Source: a virus (lineage: Duplodnaviria; Caudoviricetes). Taken from it: a stretch of DNA of 64,000 nucleotides. The stretch spans positions 1 to 64,000 of the IMG/VR virus record IMGVR_UViG_3300048923_000295. One strand, 5' to 3'. A program made the translations under genes and the position numbers. Shown piece after piece: positions 36,035-45,222 of the stretch. Under the pieces are notes generated by a model that saw only the letters and a program-made list of their open reading frames with translations, searched no databases and was not told the DNA's origin. Numbering within the stretch: position 1 is the first letter of the stretch; each line of letters opens with the position of its first letter.

Positions 36035-36861
36035 CCCGCATCCGCGCCCAACGCCCGGCCGCCGACGTCCTCGCCGAGATCGAGGCGACGCTCGACGCGG
36101 TGACCACCCCGCCGCCGGACTGGTCCGGATCCGGCGTCCAGGCGCGCCGCGACGACGACCCGATGTGGCAGATGGGCGACACGGCCGCCCGCTGGGATCC
36201 CGACGTCGGGTGGAACCCCCGCCTCGGCGAGGTTGCGGCCGAATCGCTCGACGACCTCATGATTGGCGACTTCGATCCCGGCACCATGCGCGTCAGCGTG
36301 GCCCGCAGGCTGCAACGCGCAGCCTCGCAGACCGTCCGCTACGAGGCATGCAACCCGTCCGACCCTGCCCGCCGCCACTGGCTCCGAGATGGACAGCGGG
36401 ACGGCGTCGACATCGGCCGCGTGTGGCTCGACGAGGCCGCCGGATTCCCGGATCACCCGCGGCTGTTCCGGGAGGCCGACACCGTCCGCATGCTCGAAAC
36501 GCACCAGCTCACCGCACCGATGCCGATCGTCGTCATCGGCCGAGACCGGCGGGACATCGAACGCTGGTGCGACGAGGGCAACATCCCCGACCATCTGCGC
36601 CGCCGGCAGATCATCGGCATCACCGGCGTGCCCGACCTCCGCGGGCTGATGGGCTCCATCCCGCAGGCCGCGGTCGTCCTCGACTCCTTCGACGGCCACC
36701 CGCACCGCGTGGAGATCCTCGCGGAGGTAGTGACCCGGCTGACGGCGGCCGACCAAGCCGAGGCCGCACACCGCCAGGCCGGCTGGCCGGTGCCGCCCCA
36801 CCTCGACAACCCGATCACCCGAATCTTCAACGAGCACATCGAGGAGCACCGCCGCAGATGA
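36031..36861 (+). CDS. Hypothetical protein
   Basis: TTG start overlapping the upstream stop. Confidence 0.5.
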   Translation: MTRIRAQRPAADVLAEIEATLDAVTTPPPDWSGSGVQARRDDDPMWQMGDTAARWDPDVGWNPRLGEVAAESLDDLMIGDFDPGTMRVSVARRLQRAASQTVRYEACNPSDPARRHWLRDGQRDGVDIGRVWLDEAAGFPDHPRLFREADTVRMLETHQLTAPMPIVVIGRDRRDIERWCDEGNIPDHLRRRQIIGITGVPDLRGLMGSIPQAAVVLDSFDGHPHRVEILAEVVTRLTAADQAEAAHRQAGWPVPPHLDNPITRIFNEHIEEHRRR

Positions 36862-37376
36862 TGAACCCCCTCACTGTCGTCGCGGTCACCGGCGTTCGGG
36901 AGCGGCCAGACGACCTCGATGTCAGCTCGCTCGGCGTGCCAGCCAGCATCCCGAACCCCACCGCATCCATCACGATGACGATCACCGCCGCGAAACCGTG
37001 GGGGATGGTGACGGTCTCGGCCACCGCCTCAGGCCCGCATGCCGTTGCCCGCGCCGGATGGCAGGCGTTCACACGCCTCGAAGCCGCCCTACCCGGCATG
37101 ACCCTGGAACACCGCGCACTCGTTGACGGCCGCTGGCAGACCGTCCTCACCGAACCGGAGGAACCATCGATGGCCGATGAGCCGACCCCGCTCCATCCCG
37201 CCCAGCGTCTGACCGACGAGCAGGTGGTCGCCGAGCTGGTGCGCCTGGCCGACGCCGACGAGCTCCCCAACCGGCTCGCCGCGCAGTTGAACGGGGCGCT
37301 GATCCGCCGCGCCGGCCGACAGTTCAAAGGCGCGATCGACCAGTTCACGTCCGCTCTCGGCGGCGGGAAGCAATGA
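36858..37376 (+). CDS. Hypothetical protein
   Basis: ATGA-coupled. Confidence 0.55.
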   Translation: MMNPLTVVAVTGVRERPDDLDVSSLGVPASIPNPTASITMTITAAKPWGMVTVSATASGPHAVARAGWQAFTRLEAALPGMTLEHRALVDGRWQTVLTEPEEPSMADEPTPLHPAQRLTDEQVVAELVRLADADELPNRLAAQLNGALIRRAGRQFKGAIDQFTSALGGGKQ

Positions 37377-38131
37377 ACCCCGGCACCTTCGAGGCCACGA
37401 TGCGCGCGGGCGAGTGGTTCCACGACCTGACCGTCCCGGCCGGCATGTGGCCTGTGATCCGGGTCGACGGCCGCGCGTTCACCAAGCTCACCACCGACGC
37501 CGGCTACGACAAGCCGTTCGACGCCCAGTTCTCGAGCATCATGGTCGAGGTCGCCCGGGAGCTCCTCCAGCAGCTGGGCGGCCTCTACGCGTTCACCGAG
37601 TCCGACGAGGTCAGCGTCGTACTCCCGCCGACCACCGACCTGTTCAGCCGCTCGCTCGAGAAGCTGGTCAGCGTCTCCGCCGGCATCGCCACCGCGGCGT
37701 TCACCTCCCGCGCACCCGAGCCGGGGCATTTCGACAGCCGGGTGTGGATCGGCCCCACCCTCGGCGCCGTGGTGGACTACCTGTCGTGGCGGCAGGCGGA
37801 TGCGATCCGCTGCGGCCTGAACGGCTGGGCCTACTGGACGCTGCGCCATGCCGGCCGGTCGGCGCGTGCGGCCACCTCGGCGCTGAAGGGCCTGCGCGCC
37901 GACGCGAAACGCCAGCTGCTCGCCGAGTACGGCGTTGCCTTCGACGAACGCCCGGCGTGGGAGCGTCACGGCATCGCCCTCTGGTGGGACCTCCACATCA
38001 AGATCGGCCACGACCCTATCCGCGGCGTCGATGTGGCCACCGACCGCCGTCGGATCCACGTCGCCCGGGAGCTGACGACCGGCGCCGACTACCGGGAGAT
38101 CGCAGCCCACGTCATCGGCAGCTCGCTGTGA
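37373..38131 (+). CDS. tRNA(His) guanylyltransferase Thg1-like protein (3'-5' polymerase)
   Basis: VIRVDGRAFTKLT, KPFD, AFTESDEVS, EKLVS, FDSRV, YLSWRQADA. Confidence 0.92.
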   Translation: MNPGTFEATMRAGEWFHDLTVPAGMWPVIRVDGRAFTKLTTDAGYDKPFDAQFSSIMVEVARELLQQLGGLYAFTESDEVSVVLPPTTDLFSRSLEKLVSVSAGIATAAFTSRAPEPGHFDSRVWIGPTLGAVVDYLSWRQADAIRCGLNGWAYWTLRHAGRSARAATSALKGLRADAKRQLLAEYGVAFDERPAWERHGIALWWDLHIKIGHDPIRGVDVATDRRRIHVARELTTGADYREIAAHVIGSSL

Positions 38132-38198
38132 CCGGGACCCGCGCCCAAAACGCGCTCCGCGATCTCCTCGACGCGCCCGCCCCGCTGGTCTCCCGGCC

Positions 38199-38660
38199 GT
38201 GACCGACCTCGACGTCCTCGCCGCGTTCGTGCTCGCCCGGATCGCCGAGGAGGAAGCCGACGCGCGGGCGGCCACACCGGCCCCGTGGTGGGTCGAGAAC
38301 ACCACATCCCGTCGCTGGACAGTCATGGCGGCAGCGGACGACGCCCCGGAGCTTGCGCAGATGGTCGGTGGAGGGAACTCGGTTCGGCGGTGCGGTGACG
38401 CTGACACCCGGCACATCGCCCGCCAGAACCCTGCCGTCACCCTCGCCCGGGGGCAGGCGCTACGGTCGCTCGTCGAGCTGCACGGGCGCGTCGAGGAGCA
38501 CGGCGAGGCGATGTGCGGGCACTGCGCGCGCCCCGGGGAGATCTCGGGCGACCTGGAGGGCGACTGGCCCTGTGCGACCCTCCGTCTCGTCGCGTCGATC
38601 TACCGTTACCGTCCTGACGGCTCCCAGCATCCCGACTGGCAGGCAGACTGGGCCGTGTGA
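38199..38660 (+). CDS. DUF6221-like protein
   Basis: LAAFVLARIAEEEA, HIARQNPAVTLA, TLRLVASIY..HPDW. Confidence 0.7.
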   Translation: MTDLDVLAAFVLARIAEEEADARAATPAPWWVENTTSRRWTVMAAADDAPELAQMVGGGNSVRRCGDADTRHIARQNPAVTLARGQALRSLVELHGRVEEHGEAMCGHCARPGEISGDLEGDWPCATLRLVASIYRYRPDGSQHPDWQADWAV

Positions 38661-39274
38661 ACTGGTGCGAGCACTGCCGGGAATTCGCTGCCGACCATTA
38701 CGACGCGGACGGTAAGCATCGCGTCGGTTCGGCCTTCGGTGCGTACGGCCGGCTCCTCGCCGCCGAGCAGCAGCTCCACCGGCTTCTCGCCGCCGCCGGC
38801 ACGCTCGCCGCCGTCAGGGCAGAGGAGAGCGAAACCCGGTTCGGCGGCTGGCTCCTCTCGCCCCCCATCGAACTGCCCGACGAACTCGAGAAGCTCCGCG
38901 CCGCCATCACCGAAGCCCGCGAGACCTTGGGCCTGTGCGGCGCCCGGGCGGTGTTCTGGCCCGACGACGAGGCGTGCGACGCCGAATGCTGCCTCCTCCT
39001 CGGCCACCGGCCCGCCGGCGTCCACGAGGATGAGATCCTCGGCGAGTGGGACGAGGACGAGCTGCCCACGACCCCCGGCGTGCCGGACACGGCCTCACAT
39101 GAGGATCATCATCGGCACATCGTCCGTTCCCGCATCGTCTGCTCGTGCGGCGTACCCCGGGCACTCCTTGTCCCAGCGGCGAAGGCCACCAGCGGGGATG
39201 ACGTGTGCGTGATCTGCGGCATTCGAGGTGTCCGCGCCGCCGATCCACCTCCATCCGAGGAGTCGACACCATGA
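38657..39274 (+). CDS. Hypothetical protein
   Basis: Coupled; Cys/His clusters. Confidence 0.55.
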   Translation: MNWCEHCREFAADHYDADGKHRVGSAFGAYGRLLAAEQQLHRLLAAAGTLAAVRAEESETRFGGWLLSPPIELPDELEKLRAAITEARETLGLCGARAVFWPDDEACDAECCLLLGHRPAGVHEDEILGEWDEDELPTTPGVPDTASHEDHHRHIVRSRIVCSCGVPRALLVPAAKATSGDDVCVICGIRGVRAADPPPSEESTP

Positions 39275-39408
39275 CGAATCGTTCGGGCCGTTCCGTGAAC
39301 ACCCGGGATCCACGGGGCTGGACGAGCACGGGGAAGCGGTACAAGGCGTCGACGGCGCGCTACCTGCGCCGCGCCGTCCGTCAGGTGCTCACCCGCAAGA
39401 CCCGCTGA
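39271..39408 (+). CDS. Small basic protein
   Basis: GAGGAG RBS, coupled. Confidence 0.45.
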   Translation: MTNRSGRSVNTRDPRGWTSTGKRYKASTARYLRRAVRQVLTRKTR

Positions 39409-39484
39409 CCCCCCGCAATCATCTGTTTCGCATACCGCTATGCTCCCCCTCCGTTAGGTACAACATCGGATACACGGGGGAAAC

Positions 39485-39931
39485 ATGGGCAAGAAACTCG
39501 CGATCGCTGGCGGCGTCATCATCTTCCTGGCCATCGTCGGCGCGGCGATCGGTGGCAGCGGCGGCGGGAAGTCCAGCACGTCGACGTCGAGCACCACCCC
39601 GTCCGCGATCGCCGCAGGCCAGCCGGCGTCCGCCGCCCAGGCCGCGGGCCCGGAGCACTCCGAGGATGTGGCCATCACCGGCTGCGCCCCGGACGCCGCA
39701 GGGTTCGCCGCGGCCAACGTCACCGTCACGAACCACAGCTCGAAGGCGTCGAACTACATCGTCAACATCGTCTTCGAGTCCGGTGACGGCACCACCCAGA
39801 TCGGCACCGGCCTTGTCGCCGTCAACGGGTTGCAGCCTGGCCAGCAGTCCCCGCAGGACACCTCGGCGCTGAAGCCGGCAACCGCCGGCTACCGGTGTCG
39901 GATCGGCGACATCACCCGCTACGCCGCGTAG
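39485..39931 (+). CDS. Membrane-anchored FxLYD-like domain protein
   Basis: N-terminal TM; ANVTVTNHSSKASNYIVNIVFESGDG...NGLQPGQ. Confidence 0.7.
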   Translation: MGKKLAIAGGVIIFLAIVGAAIGGSGGGKSSTSTSSTTPSAIAAGQPASAAQAAGPEHSEDVAITGCAPDAAGFAAANVTVTNHSSKASNYIVNIVFESGDGTTQIGTGLVAVNGLQPGQQSPQDTSALKPATAGYRCRIGDITRYAA

Positions 39932-40029
39932 GAGGACGCCACGGGCATGCGGGTGGGACGCCTGCATGCCCCACCCCCACCGTGAGGGGTGGTAAGGTCC
40001 CGACAGCGCCAGAGGTGCGCCTACAGCAC

Positions 40030-40064
40030 ACCCCGGAGGTCCGATGCGACCCCGGGGGTTTCTT
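40030..40064 (+). terminator. Hairpin with T-rich tail
   Basis: ACCCCGG...CCGGGGGT followed by TTCTT. Confidence 0.4.
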
Positions 40065-40253
40065 ATGCTGCCCGAGATCGCCCACTGGCTCGGCCAGTCC
40101 CCCGCCCGCTACTGCGCCGCGACCCGCCGACTCCTCGAACGCCGCGGCATCGCCCCAGCCGCGCAGATGGCCACAGGCCGCCGCGAGCTCCTCTGGCGCT
40201 GGGAAGACCTTCAGCCCCTCGCCGCCCGGATCCCCCGCGCCGAGGCGGCGTGA
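40065..40253 (+). CDS. Small hypothetical protein
   Basis: Coupled to the next ORF. Confidence 0.45.
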   Translation: MLPEIAHWLGQSPARYCAATRRLLERRGIAPAAQMATGRRELLWRWEDLQPLAARIPRAEAA

Positions 40254-40528
40254 CGGGGCCGACCGACCGGGCCGCCGACCTGCGCCACGCCCGCGAGCAG
40301 GACGCCCAAAGAGCCGCTCGGGACCGCAAGACAGCCGCAAGGGCCGCACGGCACCGTGCGGCCGGCCGCTCGAGCGCCCACGCGGCCCGGGTGCGTTCCC
40401 GAACCCTCGAGCATCTCCTGGCCGCCGAACGCCGCGACCTCGCCGTCGAGGTGGAACGCCGCCGTGCCGAGCTCGCCCGCCTCGCCCGGCTGATGACCGC
40501 CCGGCCCACCCGGCACGCCCCCGAATAG
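40250..40528 (+). CDS. Small Arg-rich protein
   Basis: GTGA-coupled. Confidence 0.45.
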   Translation: MTGPTDRAADLRHAREQDAQRAARDRKTAARAARHRAAGRSSAHAARVRSRTLEHLLAAERRDLAVEVERRRAELARLARLMTARPTRHAPE

Positions 40529-40552
40529 CCCCGCAGCGACCCGAGGTGACCC

Positions 40553-41764
40553 GTGGCCGGTCCCTCGGCCCCGAAGTGCGCCGCGATCACCCTCAAAGGG
40601 CTGCCGTGTAAGAACAAGGCGAAGTACGGGCCCTACTGCGGCGTCCACAAGAACTACAGCGGTAAGGCCGCAGCGAAAGCCGCGGCAGCCCCGAAGCTCG
40701 CGCACCTCGCGGGGAAAGCGAAGCCGACCGCGACCCACCCGCCCGCGGCCCCGGACGCAGACCCGTTCACCCCCACCGGCCTGTCCGTCCTGGACGCCGC
40801 GCCAGACGCTTTCAATCTCCCTGCCACGGTCTCCTCGGCCGACGTGGCCCCCTACCGGCCGTCGGGGGCGAAGAAGACCGTCGGCGCCTACCTCCGCCGG
40901 CTCGACGCGGATCCGAATGCCAAGGCGCAGACGAAGACCAAGCTGGCCGCGCACGCCGATGGTCTCGTGCACCTCGACGCGGACGGCAAGGCGACGCTCA
41001 CCCCGAAGGGGCAGGCGATCGCCGCCGCCCTCGCCCAGCCGAAGAAGAAGCCGACGCTCGCCGCGCTGAGCGGGAAGACGCCCACCCCGGCTCTCCCGCA
41101 TCACGGCGGGACCGCGCCGCTTCATACCGGCCCGTGGTGGTCGAAGGATGCCGCCAAGCCTAAGAGCCTCGCCGAGTTGCTGGCCAGCAACGCCCCCATC
41201 GTGGGATCCGCGAACCTCGCAACCTATTTCGATCATGTGATGTCGCACGGGAAGTACACCGACGCCCACAGGAACGCGACCCGCGCCTACTCGGGTCCCG
41301 CATACGGCCACATCAACGCCAACCTCAGGGCGGGCACAGCCGTTCCGGCCAGCAGCCAAGTCACGATGAAAAACCTTGACTCGGCATTCGAGGCCACACC
41401 TCCACTCGACCGTCCTGTCCACGTCAGTCGAGGAGTGAAGGGCGTCGCCGGAGTGTTTCCCGACCTTGCCCCGGGGACGATGTACACCGATCCCGGGTTC
41501 ATGTCGACGAGCCGGGACAGAACAACCGCGGAATCGTTCTCCGGTTACACCGACCCGGGGATCATCACCCTTCGGGTGCCGGCCGGTGCGCGAGCCATCG
41601 CGATGACCAGCCCATCACCCCCGAACCTACCCTCGAACCTGCCCGGCGAAGGCGAGATTCTGCTTCCCCGGGATAGCTCGATCAGGATCCGGCATGTTAC
41701 CATCAAGAATGGTAGGACGTATATCGACGCCGAACTCATCGTCGCGGGGGTTAACGATGGCTAG
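40553..41764 (+). CDS. ADP-ribosyltransferase (VIP2/C3-like R-S-E), paralog 1
   Basis: AYSGPAYGHINANLR, VSRG, GFMSTS, EGEILLPR; N-terminal C-x8-C-x8-C-xx-H. Confidence 0.88.
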   Translation: MAGPSAPKCAAITLKGLPCKNKAKYGPYCGVHKNYSGKAAAKAAAAPKLAHLAGKAKPTATHPPAAPDADPFTPTGLSVLDAAPDAFNLPATVSSADVAPYRPSGAKKTVGAYLRRLDADPNAKAQTKTKLAAHADGLVHLDADGKATLTPKGQAIAAALAQPKKKPTLAALSGKTPTPALPHHGGTAPLHTGPWWSKDAAKPKSLAELLASNAPIVGSANLATYFDHVMSHGKYTDAHRNATRAYSGPAYGHINANLRAGTAVPASSQVTMKNLDSAFEATPPLDRPVHVSRGVKGVAGVFPDLAPGTMYTDPGFMSTSRDRTTAESFSGYTDPGIITLRVPAGARAIAMTSPSPPNLPSNLPGEGEILLPRDSSIRIRHVTIKNGRTYIDAELIVAGVNDG

Positions 41765-41936
41765 CACGCACGGCAACGCCACGCAGGAGGACCGTCTCAC
41801 CTGGAAGCCGGGGGACCTGCGGCCACTCCCGCCCGGCGCTCCGATCCCGACACCGGTGATCGGGCCTCTCGACTGGGAGAACACCCCGGAAGGCCAGGCG
41901 CTCCTCGCGCAGGCCGCGGCGGAGGCCGACGGATGA
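41757..41936 (+). CDS. Small protein, candidate ART partner/immunity
   Basis: 59 aa; EDRLTWKPGD. Confidence 0.55.
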   Translation: MASTHGNATQEDRLTWKPGDLRPLPPGAPIPTPVIGPLDWENTPEGQALLAQAAAEADG

Positions 41937-42076
41937 GCCACCCCACCGGCGACGGCCCCACGCAGGCCGAACAGGACGAGTACGACGAGCGGTTCCTGTG
42001 GGAGCCAGGCGACGCCACGGTGATCCCCGCCGGCGAGCCGCTCCCCCAGCCCGATCCCGATCCGGCCAGCGAGTAG
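41933..42076 (+). CDS. Small acidic protein, candidate ART partner/immunity
   Basis: 47 aa, not in the ORF track; DERFLWEPGD. Confidence 0.55.
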   Translation: MSHPTGDGPTQAEQDEYDERFLWEPGDATVIPAGEPLPQPDPDPASE

Positions 42077-42121
42077 CACCCGCCCGCGGGCCGCTCGCCC
42101 GCATCCCCGTAGTGAGGCGTC

Positions 42122-43276
42122 ATGGCCTCACACGGGCCGAAGTGCGCCGCGATCACCCTCAAAGGGCTGCCGTGTAAGAACCGGGCCCGGCCAGGCTCCC
42201 CCTACTGCGGCGTCCACAAGAACTACAAGGGCGGCCAGCACGCCGCCCAGGCGGCCGCCGCCCCGAAGCTCGCGCACCTTGCGGGGAAGGCGAAGCCGAC
42301 CGCGACCCACCCGCCCGCGGCCCCGCCAACACCAGCAGCGCCCCCACCGGCCGCCCAGGCCATCCCGCACGACCTCGACGCCACCCCCTACCGGTCCAGC
42401 GGCCCGAAACGCACCGTCGGCGCCTACATCAGCCGCCTCGCCGCCGACCCGAAGGCCCGCGCGCAGACGAAGACGAAACAGGCCGCCCTCGACGACGGTC
42501 TCGTGCACACCGACCCGTCGGGCAGCCTGGTCCTCACCCCGAAGGGCCATCAGCTCGCCGGCGAACTCGCCATGAAACCGAAACCGAAGCTGGCCGCGCT
42601 CGCCAAGCCGAAACCGGTCGGCCCGCTACCCGCTGCCGTGGCCGCCGCCCAGAACACCCCGAAGCCGCCACCGAAGGGCGCCCCGCCGCCGCTGCTCGTC
42701 CCGGGCGCGGTCCACGGCCAGGACGACGTCATCGCCTACATGACCGGCCACTCGAAGGCGGTCAGTTACACCGCCCAGCATCGAATGGCGACCCGCACCT
42801 ACACCACCCCCGTCTACCGGGAAATCAACGGCAACCTTCGTCACGGAAGCTGGGCGTCGCCTGCCGCGCAGAAGGCCATCGCCGGCCTCGACTCGGCGCT
42901 CCAAGCCACCCCACCACTCGACAAGCCGGTGATCACCCAGCGGGGTATCCGCTTCTACCGCGACGTCCTCGGCGACGTGAAAGTCGGCGACACCATCCAC
43001 GACAAAGGTTTCATGTCGACGTCGGTGGACCGGAACCACGCCTACTACTACGCGACGAAACGCGGCCACGCCAACCAGGCCGCCCTGATGAACATCACCA
43101 TCCCGCCAGGAGTGCGCGCGCTCAGCATCCTCCCACCGGCCCCGCCGAACCTCCCCCCGAAATATGGCACCGAACATGAGGTGCTGCTGCCCCGCGGCAC
43201 GTCCCTGCGGGTCGACCGGATCGTCCGCAACGCGCAGGGCGTCACGTTCATCGACGCGACCGTGGTCCCCGCCTGA
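42122..43276 (+). CDS. ADP-ribosyltransferase, paralog 2
   Basis: TYTTPVYREINGNLR, TQRG, GFMSTS, EHEVLLPRG; N-terminus nearly identical to paralog 1. Confidence 0.88.
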   Translation: MASHGPKCAAITLKGLPCKNRARPGSPYCGVHKNYKGGQHAAQAAAAPKLAHLAGKAKPTATHPPAAPPTPAAPPPAAQAIPHDLDATPYRSSGPKRTVGAYISRLAADPKARAQTKTKQAALDDGLVHTDPSGSLVLTPKGHQLAGELAMKPKPKLAALAKPKPVGPLPAAVAAAQNTPKPPPKGAPPPLLVPGAVHGQDDVIAYMTGHSKAVSYTAQHRMATRTYTTPVYREINGNLRHGSWASPAAQKAIAGLDSALQATPPLDKPVITQRGIRFYRDVLGDVKVGDTIHDKGFMSTSVDRNHAYYYATKRGHANQAALMNITIPPGVRALSILPPAPPNLPPKYGTEHEVLLPRGTSLRVDRIVRNAQGVTFIDATVVPA

Positions 43277-43318
43277 CCGTCCCCGTTCCACCCCCCGTCC
43301 CTCCCGCCGTGGTGCCAG

Positions 43319-43861
43319 GTGCCTGCGGTGAGCCCCTACACGCCCACGAGCGAGGTCCAGGTGCCCCGCCGTGAACCGTCCAAGGGCCGTCGCCCGCGCG
43401 CTGGCGCAACGTTGTCGGACCAAGAACGCGCGCGGATCGCGGAGCTCCACGGCGAGGGGCTCGGCTGCTCCGAGATCGCCCGCCGGATCGGCCGCGACCC
43501 GTCGACCGTCTCGCGTGCGGCGAAGAAGCTCGGGCTGTCCTTCGCCCGGGAGGCCACGAAGGCCGCCACCGAGGCCCACCAGGCCGACATAGCCGCGGAG
43601 CGGGCCCAGCTCGCCAGGGACCTCCTGGGCGACGCTCAGCGCCTGCGAGAGCGTGCCTGGTCGGAGTACAAGGTCGTCACATCGGGCCCGCAGGGCGCGG
43701 AGATCACCGTGCTTGAGCTGCCCCCGCTCGGCGACGTCCGGAACGCCTATGCCTCGCTGGGGATCTGCGTCGACAAGGTCAAGGTCATCACGGACGCGGA
43801 CCGTGACCCGGTCGGGATGTCGGCGGTTGACGCCTGGTTGCGCGGAATCACCGGCGGATGA
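43319..43861 (+). CDS. Terminase small subunit (HTH)
   Basis: GLGCSEIARRIGRDPSTVSR; overlaps the terL start. Confidence 0.7.
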   Translation: MPAVSPYTPTSEVQVPRREPSKGRRPRAGATLSDQERARIAELHGEGLGCSEIARRIGRDPSTVSRAAKKLGLSFAREATKAATEAHQADIAAERAQLARDLLGDAQRLRERAWSEYKVVTSGPQGAEITVLELPPLGDVRNAYASLGICVDKVKVITDADRDPVGMSAVDAWLRGITGG

Positions 43862-45147
43862 TCGTTCAATCGCTTGTCGCGAAACAGATCCAGTCGTACC
43901 GGCTCGCGGATGCTCGGCTCAACATCTGGGACGGCACGGTCCGATCGTCGAAGACCATCACCAGCCTGTTGCGGTGGATCGAGTTCGTGAAGGACGCCCC
44001 CCCGGGCAACCTGCTTATGGTCGGGAAGACCGAGCGGACCCTGCGCAGGAACATCATCGACGTGATGGTCGACATGCTCGGCCGTTCACGCTGCAAGCTC
44101 ATCGCCGGATCTGGTGAACTCTGGCTCCTCGGCCGTCGGATCTACCTCTGCGGGGCAGCCGACGAGCGGGCGCAGGAGAAAATCAGAGGTCTCAGCCTCC
44201 AGGGTGCCTACTGTGACGAGCTGACCACCTACCCCGAGTCGTTCTTCTCGATGCTCCTCACTCGCCTGTCCGGCGACGGCATCCACCCCGCCCGCTGCTA
44301 CGGCACGACCAACCCTGACGGCCCCCGGCACTGGCTTAAGATCAACTATCTGGACAAGGCGAAGCTCCACCTCACCCTGGACGGCGAGCTACGCCACAGC
44401 GACGACCCGGACGCGCTCGACCTCCACCGCTTCTCCTTCCAACTCAAAGACAATCCCGCGCTGTCACCGGACTACGTCAAGGCGCTGGAGAAGGAGTTCG
44501 TCGGCCTCTGGCGGAAACGCTTCATCCTCGGGATGTGGGTGCTCGCCGAAGGCAGCGTCTACGACATGTTCGACCCCGAGGTCCACGTCGTCGACGAGAT
44601 CCCGACGATCACCCGCTACGTGGCCCTCGCCGTCGACTACGGCACCCGGAACCCGTTCCACGCCGGCCTCATCGGCCTGGGCGTCGACCGCAAGCTGTAC
44701 GTCATGGCCGAGTGGCGCCACGACTCGCTGGCGGCCTTCCGGCAGATGTCCGACACCGAGTACGCCACCGCGATCCAAGACTGGCTCGCCAGCATCCCCA
44801 TCCCCGGCACGAGCCTGCGAGGCGTCCGGCCCGAGTGGACCTGTGTCGACCCGTCGGCCGCCTCGTTCATCGTCGAGCTCTACAACCGGGGCATCACCGC
44901 GGCGAAGGCGAACAATGATGTCCTCGACGGGATCCGGCTCATCTCGTCCCTGTTCACGAACCGGCAGCTCCTCATTCACCGGTCTTGCCGGTGGCTGGTA
45001 GATGAGCTGGTCGGATACTGCTGGGACGATAAAGCGGCCATGGTCGGTGAAGACAAACCCATCAAGCAGGCCGACCACGGGCCGGACATGTTGCGTTACG
45101 GGCTTCTGACCACTCAGGCGCTTTGGCAAGGCCAGATCGCGGCCTAG
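43858..45147 (+). CDS. terL: Terminase large subunit (PBSX-like)
   Basis: GTVRSSKT, CDELT, TTNPDGP, VDYGTRNP, DPSAA, DHGPDMLRY. Confidence 0.93.
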   Translation: MIVQSLVAKQIQSYRLADARLNIWDGTVRSSKTITSLLRWIEFVKDAPPGNLLMVGKTERTLRRNIIDVMVDMLGRSRCKLIAGSGELWLLGRRIYLCGAADERAQEKIRGLSLQGAYCDELTTYPESFFSMLLTRLSGDGIHPARCYGTTNPDGPRHWLKINYLDKAKLHLTLDGELRHSDDPDALDLHRFSFQLKDNPALSPDYVKALEKEFVGLWRKRFILGMWVLAEGSVYDMFDPEVHVVDEIPTITRYVALAVDYGTRNPFHAGLIGLGVDRKLYVMAEWRHDSLAAFRQMSDTEYATAIQDWLASIPIPGTSLRGVRPEWTCVDPSAASFIVELYNRGITAAKANNDVLDGIRLISSLFTNRQLLIHRSCRWLVDELVGYCWDDKAAMVGEDKPIKQADHGPDMLRYGLLTTQALWQGQIAA

Positions 45148-45222
45148 GGATTTGACCGGAAGTTGTGCCGGTTGTCGCAGACTTACAGGACCCCGGCAAT
45201 AGAATCGAACACGTAAGCGAAC

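Noticed and set aside
45204-45221. LexA/SOS box before the HNH gene (TCGAACACGTAAGCGA)
   Set aside because: The left half fits TCGAAC but the right half differs from GTTCGA at several positions.
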